This document shows positions 1 to 10,486 of a stretch of 64,000 nt of DNA, in pieces. Source of the stretch: Gnetum montanum (taxonomy: Eukaryota > Plantae > Gnetophyta); NCBI GenBank assembly GCA_015680685.1, contig MNCI01002616.1:192378-256377 (forward strand), given 5' to 3'. Every line of letters starts with the position of its first letter. Within the stretch, counting starts at the first letter, position 1. The translations under genes and the position numbers were made by a program. Below the pieces are notes generated by a model. The model was not told the origin of the DNA. It saw only the letters and a list, made by a program, of their open reading frames with translations, and did not search any database.

Positions 1-43
1 TACTTGAAGTCATACTATGTCTAATGCAGAAACAAGGTAAACA

Positions 44-405
44 TCAATAGTCCACTATGACTATAAATTGGCATTCATAGTCTGCTATGACTATAAACTG
101 ACATCCATAGTCCATTATGACTATAAACTAGCATAGATAGTCTGCCATGACTATAAACTAGCACAGATAGTATGCCATGATGTTAAACTGGCACAGATGA
201 TCTGCTATGATCTTAAACTGGCATAGACGGTCTGCTATGACCTTAAACTGGTCCATCCACTATCTGATACAATGATAAACTAGCATAGTGGTCTACTAGG
301 ACCTTAAACTAGCATAGTGGTCTGCTAGGACCTTAAACTAGCACATTGTAGTTTTCTGGGACCTTAAACCAGTACATCTGATGGTCTACCAAGACCTTAA
401 ATTGG
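44..405 (+). repeat. Post-pol ~30-bp tandem array (hairpin + TAAACTRGCA), element A
   Basis: About 12 units such as ATAGTCCACTATGACTATAAATTGGCA and GGTCTGCTAGGACCTTAAACTAGCA. Confidence 0.9.
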
Positions 406-1770
406 GTTTGTGGCATAACATTCCTAGCTTGCATCCATGACCCTTCAAACAAGCAAGTGTGCATAGTGTCAACATGGGGTAGGACATTGCAGTTCGAGAA
501 TGCAATTCACAATGCCAAGCAAGCACCCTCTAGAACATATGCAATGCCACTACCCCTGACATCTTGCTGATCCTCTAGAGATGTCATCTAACATCTTGCT
601 GACCTTCCAGAGCTACGACTACCATAGCCCATCACCTTGGTAGTAGCTCTTGTTGTTAGCACCTACCGTTGGAGTCCCAGCACTATTTTGGCCCAGCCAT
701 GAAGTTGCTACCCTACAGCCCCCACCACCATTCGAGCTCAAAAGATGTTTAACTATTAGGCCTCTCACCTTACAACTAAACTACATGATGTTTTCCTTGG
801 GCAAGAACTCCTAAGCACTTGCATTTCCACAACTCCTACCCTCCTCGATGCCAACCCCTTTAGCCTGTTGTTGCCAAAATTGTTGTCAGCCTACTTGCTT
901 TAGACGTCACATGCCTCAGCAGTAGTGCCTATCACTTCAGTGATGTCTAAAGCAAGTAAGACCTTTTTCTAACTACATTTCATGGTTACATTTCTCTGGT
1001 CTACTTTCTGTTGCACTTGCAGGATATGGGTTGAGATGGCGTCGGTCAGAGATGTGTTTTGCCAGAAGGACATGAACCCACACCGTTCTGAGATGACTGC
1101 TCTAACTAGCTTAGCTACTTGGGAGTGCACATCCTGCCCTCCCTCTTAACCTTTGTCATCTTACTTCTTAAAACTGTAGTTTCCCTTTTCACATCTCTTT
1201 TACAAGCTTTCTCGATGCGTGTAAAGCCCTCCCATATGCTCAACCGCAAAGTTCATGATGCGTGTAACGCATGGGAAGCATCTATAGATAGGCTAAAACC
1301 CCACATGGATGTAACACAACTCATCCTAGGGAGGAAACACTTGTATTGAAACAATAAGGTTTTTTGCAAATGAACATGGCTAAATAGCAAAAGAAAAGTG
1401 CAAAAGCATAACAGAGCTCGAAAAAAAAAGAGCACGTGCCCAAAACAAATGGCACACCAGCTATTTCACAATGACCATCTCTAAGTGTTCCAATGAGAGG
1501 TTAGAAGATAGTAAAAGAAAAGATGTCCATTCGGGCCAATTCCCTCACAAGCACTCCAACGAGGGACTGCACTAAGTTGCACCTTACCTTTTCGTGAACT
1601 TGTCCCCTCAAGTCCACCCTTTCCCCTTTCTCATGTACAACTATCCTATTACTCCCAAGCATAGAAAAGCAACATCTGAGCAACCATCGAAGAGTGATGT
1701 TGGCGGCTTGTCCATCATGGTATTTGTATTCTTTGTCAACATTTATTAGGAGGATCCTCCAGACATTGAC

Positions 1771-1783
1771 AAAGAGGGGCCAG
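1771..1783 (+). promoter_or_regulatory. Polypurine tract, element A
   Basis: AAAGAGGGGCCAG directly abutting the LTR start TGAAACA; the same motif occurs in B, C, D and F. Confidence 0.85.
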
Positions 1784-3571
1784 TGAAACACCATAAAATT
1801 TTAGGACCCTCATGCTTTAGCAGAGTCTTGAAATTTAGGCAAGGACTTCTACAAGTATAGCATCATGACAGATTGATAGGAAAATGTAGGCATTGAGTTT
1901 AGACTCTCTATTCTGGCAAGTTTTCTATCTCTAGAGCTAATAGGCCCGCTGGAGTCTCCAACTTGCCCAACTGGACAATTGATCCGGTTGACAGTCTACC
2001 CAGAAACTATACTAGGAGTTGTCGAAAGTGTTTGTGATGAGAAAAATAGTTTAGTAAGTTTTTTAGTAAAGAAGTCTGCTACGCTACGCTACATAGTGCA
2101 GCATAGCAAGCCTTGAAAGATAAATTCTCAAGCGTCCAAATGCAAATTGACAAAGTGATTACAAAGAGAAGTCAGGATTTAGCCAACACAAGGTGCTACG
2201 CTATGCTACACTATGTAGCATAGCACAGCATAGAAAAGGTAGAGCAAAAAGGCCCATCTTGCCAAGTGATTCCAATACAAAAATGACACTTTGGCAGGAC
2301 TTTGGCCTCTAAAACTCCTTACCCCACTTAGTCCTCAGGCCTCGAGCAAAGTTTCTTACTAGAAAATGGTGAATTAAACAAGGAAGCATGATACGCTAGC
2401 TTCTAGCCTTAGACAAATGCTCCTCAGCTCCTACACAAATTTTAGTCAAGACCAATGGCTATGCTATGCTATGCTACGTAGCATAACACAGTGTAGCAAG
2501 AAACTACTTACAATACACCAATGTGTTCAATAGTGTGAGTAGTGCAACGCTGGCATGGAAGCATCAAGACTTCTTTGGGTAACTCTAGAACTTATTGACA
2601 ACAATCTTTCTTAGTCTAGCATCTCCTTAGCAAGATCAGCAATTTCACTTCATTTTGCATACCCCTGGTTAGCTCCCAAAAAAAATATTGTTGCTACGCT
2701 TGACCTTGCTCATAAGAGTAGGGAAGACGTAGTCCTGGAGCATAGGCTCCATTTTGTTCACATTGTTAGCACACTAAATCTCGACACATGCAATTTCAAT
2801 GGTATAGTCACAACATAACAAAGTTCCATCCAACATCGTATACCTACACAGTATAGACATGTTAGCACCTTGTGGGGCCCAAGACACATGGCATCCATAC
2901 GACATTTCTCTCTTGCTCCTGGGCCTATAAATACCCCAGCAAATAATGCTCAAAGGGTTGGCTTTTTTGTGTTGGCTGGTTGGCTTCTTGATTGGCTTCT
3001 TGGTAAATAGAGTTGGCTTTTTGGTGTAGTTGGCTCCTAAGTTGGCTTTCAGAAGGCATAGTTGGCATTTTCCTTGAGCATTCTATTTACTTTTGAGTTC
3101 TCTAGTTGGCTCCAAACATCCCTTTGTGAGTCAAGCATTTTGACATCTTAGCAAACAAAGCAGCAAGCAGAAGACTTGTGACTATACCATTTAGTGTAAG
3201 CAGTGTCTCTTTGGTGTTGCATAACCTATTGTACACCTTTCAAACAAGGCAAAGAATCAAATCCATGACCTTGGGATAGTGCACTTTCTCACCTGAGTTG
3301 GTTTCGCTATTTCCTTACTATAATCGTTGTTTTGCATTATTGTCTCCATTCTGCATTTATTTATCATCGATTTATCTCGCGTGTCTCGCTTCTAAAACAA
3401 ACATTTACGTAAGGTTAAGATACATCGATTAAGTCCCTATTTGATTGACCAAACCGTTCAGGGTGCCCCACTTCCGTTTCTCCCCAGCACAGCCCTCAGA
3501 TGGATCCAGGGTTAAACTGTTTGCCTGAAAACCTCTTGATGTTCCAGCCACCAATGTTTTCAGTTGCTACA
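1784..3571 (+). repeat. 3' LTR of element A (~1.79 kb)
   Basis: Starts TGAAACACC after the PPT and ends ATGTTTTCAGTTGCTACA like the D and F LTR ends; TATAAATA at 2926-2933. Confidence 0.85.
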
Positions 3572-3606
3572 AGTGCTACTTGATATTCTTTCTAGTTGTT
3601 TTGTAG

Positions 3607-6600
3607 GATATATTGCAAGATTACATCATGAGTGCCTATGAGTTTTTTCATTTACCTCTAGTCCTCATTGGTTCTCACGATGACCTCATCCAATGCCTAG
3701 ACCTTGAGCCCACAACCTATGATGACTATGTAACATCCATAGAAGCATTCCTAATTGGCTTGACAATATAGTTAGGTCTCTCGATCTAGAGGCAAGTAAC
3801 ATCACTAAGGATCCCCTCATTGAAACCCCTGTAGCAACACTTAGAGGTGACGTAAAAACACTAAAATTTAGTATCTTGTTAAAGCCTCAACATGCCCAAA
3901 GCATCGCAAAGATGCTTAACAAAAACATCAAGGTATTTTCATGGTCCTAAGAGGACATGCCAAGCTTAGATCATTACATAGTGTAACATTACATCATCCT
4001 CAATCCCTACATAAAACCAATTAAACAAAAATCCCATAAGGTTAGGCCTGAGGTGGCATTGCTAGTTCATGATGAGATAATCAAGCTTTATAAGGTTGGT
4101 TTCATCTGGGTCATTGACTATGCAGACTAGGTCTCCAACATTGTGATTGTACCTAAGAAAAATAGAAGCATATGCATTTGCATAGACTTTTGGAACCTAA
4201 AAAAGGTGACCATCAAACATGACTGTTCATTACCTAGTATCAATTAATTGATTGATACCATGACTGGTCATGCTTTGTTATCCTTTATGGATGGGTTCTT
4301 TGGTTACAACTAGATTTAGATCAACTCAAAGCACTAGCTTAGTACCACCTTCATGACCCCTTAGGGTACATTTTGCTATATAATGATGTATATTAGACTA
4401 AAGAATGCAAGAGAAACCTACCAACACGCCATGATGTAAATCTTTAGTGATTACTTGTTAGACTTGCTCAACAACTACATTGATGACATAGCAGTTAAGT
4501 TCAAAATGGCAAACAATCACACAAATGACTTAGACCACACACTCAAATGCTGAATTAGACATGACATTAGGTTGGATCCTAGGAAGTGTGTCTTTGGTGT
4601 CAAGATGGGTTGCATGCTAGGTTTCATGGTATCAAAAAAAAGCATACGTGTAGACCCTGATAAGGTTAAGGCCATCATCAACTTAGCACTGCTAACTAAC
4701 CTTAAGAAGCTACATGGGTTATAAGGCAGATTGCAATTCATACATCAATTCATTGCATGGTTGACTAATAAGCTATATTCAATGCAACATCTACTCAAAA
4801 AGGAGCTCTACTTTGAGTGGATAGCTTAATGCTAAGAGTCAATTGATAGCCTCAAATAGGAGCTAGCTCAGCTTCCAAGAGATAAACCTTTTTACATCTA
4901 CCTTGCAACTTCTCACACTTCCATTGCTTCTTTGCTTTGCCAAAAGCAAGATGATGTCTTAGAGGTACTTTTATACTACCTAGGCCATGCATTAGTGGTC
5001 CATGAAGCAAAATACAATGATGTGGAAAATAACTACCTCACCTTAGTGTTTGCACTTAAGAAGTGAAGGCATTATCTCTTCTGCAACCAAGTAAACATCA
5101 TTTGCAAAAGCTATGTACTTCAAGCAATCACAATAAACATCTATGAAAGTAGTCAAATTACACAATGGAAAGTAATAGCTGTGGAGTTTGATCTACACTA
5201 CATAGTGCAAGAATCAACGAAAGGTCAAGCAATAGTTGCACAACTCATGGCTTCACCAATAAACAATCAAGCAACTAAAGATTCAAAATTCTTGGATGAG
5301 CATGTCAATAATACAAGTTAAGTGCCTACCATCTTTGATGTGATTCTACAGTTTGATGGTGATTCAACCTCTCATGAAGGTAGTGCTGCTACATTAATCA
5401 TGTTTCCCTCTAGGGATATCTAACTCTTTTCTTATCACTTTACATTTCCTTGCACTAACAATGTAGTAGAGTACAAACGTCTCCTTAGAGGTCTTATAGT
5501 AGCTTGTGACCTAGGAATTCAAAACCTAGCAATCCAAGGAAATTTGCAGCTAGTCATCAACCAAGTTATAAAGGTTAATGCTTGTAAACATAACATTTAC
5601 AATGTTATTGTGACTTGGAAAAGCACTTGCTCTAATGGTTTGCAACTATAAATATCCAACACATTCCCTGCAATGAGAATGTCATTGTTGATGCATTAGC
5701 CACATTAGCTTTAAGCATTGCACTTAACATGTTTTATGCCTTACCCACCTCAGTAACAAATTGCACCAAGCCTATCATGCAAGTAACTAACATCGCATCA
5801 ATATCCATAATAAGCATAGAAAATGCACAAGAGTGGTACGATGACATTAAGGCATACCTTCAATAGGGTGAGCCTTCACAACATCCAATCACCACCTAAA
5901 AGGATGCATTGCAAAAATGGTTGTGGTAGTACATCATTGTGGGTGATGGCATTCTTTGTCATAGATCCTATGATGGCACACTGCAAACCTACATTAGCGA
6001 CAACAAAGTGCAAATGATCATTGATCAGGTCCATGAGGGACTATGTATAGGTCACATAGCACTCAGGGTAATGGCATCAAAAATTAGACACCTAGGCTAC
6101 TATTGGCCTTATATGAAACATGATTATGTTTCTAAGATCAAGATGTGCAATGCATGTCAATGACTTAGCAACCTAATGCACGTGCCACCCACTGAACTAC
6201 ACATCACGCAGTTCACGTGGCTATTGCAACATTGGGGGTTGGATGTCATATAACCCATCACACCTAAATTCTCTATGGAATATAGTTTCATCACAACTAC
6301 AACTGAATATTTTACTAAGTGGGTTAAAGCTATTTCCCTTAGGAGGACCACATCATAGCAGGTTTGCAAGTTCATCCTTGACAATATAGTGATCTGATTT
6401 GGTCTACCCATGACCATAGTCATGGAAAATAGACCATAGTTTAGTAGTGTAGAAATCAAAGCCTTCTATGAATACCTTCGCATAAAACATTCCTTTTCAT
6501 TGCCATACTACCCATAGGTGAATGGCCGAGTGGAGGCCATAACCAAGGTCATCATCAACCTTCTGAAGAAGATGCTTAGTAGCAGGAAATAATAATGGCA

Positions 6601-7074
6601 TGAACAGTTGGTCTATGCACTATGGGCCTAAAGCACAACACATAGAACAACAACAAGTAAGATATCATATAGCCTTGTATATGGGTTTGAAGTGATTTTG
6701 CTCTTGAATTGTAGGTCCCATCGCTCCATGTGATCCTCTTGAGCTTCATCGATGAGGCTCAAAATAATGAGTTGAGAGTCATTGACCTCAACTTTATAGA
6801 GGAGGAGCACACGCAAATGCTTGATCAAATTGAACAGTGCCAAGAGAAGTAATGGAAAAAACACTCTCATAATTAGCACCATCACTAGAACAAGGAAGAG
6901 AACCTAGTCCTCAAGGTCATTCCTGAACATGTAGATAAATTCTTAGCCAATTTTAAAAGGACTTTCTTGTTCACTAAGGCCTATAATAATGGAGCATTCA
7001 AGTTCACTGATCTAGATAGTAATGAGTTTTCCAATTTGACCAATCATTCATACCTAAAGCTATATTACACCTAA
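3607..7074 (+). pseudogene. pol: pol (RT-RNaseH-archaeal RNaseH-integrase) of element B, many stops
   Basis: Collinear with D pol: SFMDGFFGY, YIDD, LQFDG / TNNVVEY (aRH), HEGLCIGH...CNACQ zinc finger, WGLD integrase core. Confidence 0.9.
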
Positions 7075-7104
7075 CATAAAATCCTACATCAACAACAAAG
7101 GTAA

Positions 7105-7520
7105 GAAAGAGTTTGCTATGGCTATAAACTAGCATAGATAGTTCACTATGACTATAAACTAGCACAGATAGTTTGCTATGACTATAAACTAGCATAGAAC
7201 ATCTGCTACTATGTTAAACTAGCACAAATTGTCCCTGGGCTATAACATTAAATTGGCACCCATAGCACACCCATCCACTATGATGTTAAATTAGCACAAC
7301 AAGTCTACTATGACTTTAAATTGGCACAACTTGACCTTGGGCTATGACACTAAACTAGCATCCATAGAATAATCTGCAATGACTTTAAACTAGCACAACT
7401 CATCCTTGCGTCATGACATTAAATTGGAACAACATCCACTATCTACTATGATGTTAAACTAGCACACAGTAATCTACTAGGATTATAAACTGGCACATCA
7501 TAGTTACCAAGACCTTAAAC
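7105..7520 (+). repeat. Post-pol tandem array, element B
   Basis: Repeated CTATGA(C/T)NNTAAACTAGCA units starting just after AAG|GTAAG at 7100/7101. Confidence 0.85.
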
Positions 7521-8294
7521 AGGGTTTGAAATTTAGCACTCATGGCTCAACATTCACAGTTCTATGAACAAGTGTGAATACTTTCCATCCTTCATCATCT
7601 ACCTAGCTCTTGATGGGCTAGGTGAGATAGGTTGTTGTGGTTCCAAAATTGAGTTCATGTAGTTAAGATAAATCCTCTAGAACATTTGTAGTGTCACCAC
7701 CCTTGACATTTTGTTGATCCTTCAAAAATGCCCTTGGGCATTTTGCTAACGTTCTGGAGCTACCACCACCATCACTAGTAGTACCACCCCTAGGCTATGC
7801 CAACAACAACGTCAGCCCTGGGTGTTTCATTAGTGGCTGGGGCTCTCACTGTCAGCACCACTCACTATTGTCCTAGTAGTACTATGGCCTAGCCATAGCA
7901 CTGCCATCCTATAGCCCTCACCATTGCATAGGCTTGGAAGTATCATCCTACTAGATTTCTAGGCTCCTGACCTTGGTGTGGAGTCTTAAGAACTTGCATC
8001 ATCATTTCCTTTGATCACCTTGTTGTCCCTCCTTGGGTGCTCACTTTCAGTATGGTTGGTAGAGCTTTTGTAGCCTTCTAGCTATAGCATCTACCCTAGC
8101 CTTCCCTACTTTGGCATTGCAAAATCTTGCAACTAGTCCAACACTTGCAGCACTTGTAGTCCCCTTGCAACTAGTAGTTTGCTTTTATCTCTCATGTTGT
8201 CTAGTTGTTTTCTTGTTTTCTATATGTTTGTTTTGTAGGAAGAAGCCCCAGAGGTGGTCATTCAAAGGCATGGTTCATCATAGCAACAAGGTAC

Positions 8295-9895
8295 TGAAAC
8301 ACCACTAATTTTGGCCTAGCACTTTTAGACAAGAATTAAGCTAAGTCATGCTGCTACCCAACATGAGTACAGCATGACCAAACTTGGAGCCTCCGAAACA
8401 GCACCTGATGGCCCATGATTCAATAGACAAGGTTCCCTTGGGGCCCACAAGCGACTGCACCAACTTCCATCATCTAGAATCAAGATTTTTGGGTTCAAAA
8501 TGTTTGGTTTTGGCTAAGTACACTTTGGTTACTTTTTCAGACATTGCACAACGTAAGGATCAGCTTCACCAACTTTTGGAGCTCCAAAATTGAGTCAAAA
8601 TAGGCCGAAATCGAGCACAAGGATCCCCCATGACCTTCACCAAGGTTCCCAGTAGCTCCTAGCCTCTAGAAAATCAAGATTTGGGCCTCAAATATGCCAT
8701 TTTGACTTGGTGACGCTAGGGTTACTTTTCAGACGCTACACATCGTAAGAATCAGCATCACCAATTTTTAGAGCCCTAAATTGAGCCAAAATGACTTGAT
8801 TTCAAGGGTGTAAGTCATCCTCAAGGTCCACTATTGATAACTATGGGTCCCAGCTTTTAGAAATTCTAGATTTCAACTCAAAATTACAAGTTTTGGAGGT
8901 CACATTACAGGTCACACTGCAGGTCACACTGCAGGTCATGCTGGGTAGTCAAATTTCTCTTATTATACATCTCATTATAAATCCCCATTTTTGGGCATGT
9001 CAATCCCTCATGGTCTAAATTAAATATACTTTCATGGGCTTGAATAACCTAGAAATTGTAAAATGCAATATACCTGGTCAAGAATGTAGCTTGCCAACAC
9101 ACATCCAACTCATGAACAACTATCCAACAGAGATACATTGAACCTAGTCAAAGAATGCAACTATCCAACACACATCCAACTTTTGCAAACTATCCATGAG
9201 ACACATGTCACTAGATTTTCTTTTCTCTCATCTCACAACCGTTGATTCCATTTTTAAATTTCATGCTCGAGCCCATCCCAACCCTATAAATACCCTATCA
9301 ATTCACATGAACTGGGGGCAAAAAAATTGTGCAGGCAAAAATTGGAGAGATTGGAAATTCTAAGAGAGGAGAGAACCTAAAATCCTTGGGCACTTGGCAC
9401 ACTTGACTTCTAGCATCTAAGCACTTCTCACCTTCATCATCACATCATCACATCATAGCGTAATATCATCCCGAGGCTAGGCGTTTGACTTACCATCCAC
9501 AGGTGTGCAACTATGCTTTGACTAGTGCACATTTATTTTAAAATAATATAATATAGTTTTATTATTTTTTCCCATTTACATTATTTACTTTGGTTTATGC
9601 TTTGTTTACAATATATCTCTGTTTACACTTTATTTATAATTCAGTACACTCTGTTTACATTTCGTACCACTGTTTGCATTCCATTTACATCCCTTTTACG
9701 ATAACCCCAACGCTAGCCATAGCTTACGCTCGAGGAAGTCCTTGGTTGATTTGCATGCAAACCATCCAAGGAACTCTACCTTCATTTACTTTTCTAGCTT
9801 GCCCTTAGGCGAAGGCAGGGTCAACTGTGGCTTCCCGATGATCTCTCGGTATCTATTTCCATTTCAGCCTTACACCAACGATTTAGGTCAATACA
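8295..9895 (+). repeat. 5' LTR of element C
   Basis: TGAAACACCACTAATTTT...GGTCAATACA; aligns with 16057-17076 plus 35519-36065; TATAAATA at 9285-9292. Confidence 0.92.
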
Positions 9896-9900
9896 GTTTT

Positions 9901-9917
9901 TGGCGCTAGAAGTAGGG
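9901..9917 (+). promoter_or_regulatory. Primer-binding site (tRNA-Asn), element C, copy 1
   Basis: TGGCGCTAGAAGTAGGG, complementary (1 mismatch) to the plant tRNA-Asn(GUU) 3' end CCCTCCTTCTAGCG-CCA as recalled. Confidence 0.8.
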
Positions 9918-10155
9918 CATGAAACATTTCTGTCTACATTTACATCTCGTTTACGATAACCCCAATGCTAGCCATAGCTTACGCTCGAGGAATTCCTTGG
10001 TTGATTTGCGTGCAAACCATCCAAGGCACTCTTCCTTCGTTTACTTTTCCAGCTTGCCCTCGAGTGAAGGCAGGGTTAGCTGTGGCTGCCCAACGATCTC
10101 TTGGTGTCTATTTCCATTCCAGCCTTACACCGATGATTTAGGTCAGTACAATTTT

Positions 10156-10172
10156 TGGCACTAGAAGGAGGG
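10156..10172 (+). promoter_or_regulatory. Second PBS (tRNA-Asn), element C
   Basis: TGGCACTAGAAGGAGGG following a duplicated LTR end GGTCAGTACA at 10150. Confidence 0.8.
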
Positions 10173-10486
10173 CATGAACCATTTCTGTCTACATTTTTGA
10201 TTAGCACCTAGTCAAAACTCTGGATGTTCTAGAGAGCATAACAAGTTCTTAGTGTATAGCAAGCTCCAACGTAGCGAGTGTAGCGCTAGAGTTGGCCATT
10301 TTTAGTAGTTTTCACACTTACCATTTTTTTCCCCTGCATTTTCATACTTAGCATTTTTTTTCTTTCATTTTTACACTTATCCATTTTCCTGCTACTGGTA
10401 TATTTAGTCATTTTTTTTCTTTTTTTTTCTTTTTCAAAGTTAGCCATTTTCTACAAATAGAAACTTTCACAACCCAATTTGTGAAT

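Larger units (their letters stand above)
1..3571 (+). mobile_element. Element A: 3' end of a Tat/Ogre-like Ty3/gypsy LTR retrotransposon (integrase tail, repeat array, 3' UTR, PPT, 3' LTR), inserted just upstream of element B pol
   Basis: 1-24 reads YLKSYYV*, the same integrase C-terminus as D (YLKPYYI*). It is followed by a tandem array, a PPT at 1771-1783 and an LTR TGAAACA...GCTACA. Confidence 0.9.

Noticed and set aside
44-405. CRISPR-like appearance of the repeat arrays (also 7105-7520, 14430-14905, 52780-53012)
   Set aside because: Units are degenerate and mostly contiguous, with no unique ~30-nt spacers and no cas genes; they lie inside eukaryotic retrotransposons.
9901-9917. tRNA gene
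   Set aside because: Only 17 nt complementary to a tRNA 3' end; it is a PBS with no cloverleaf.
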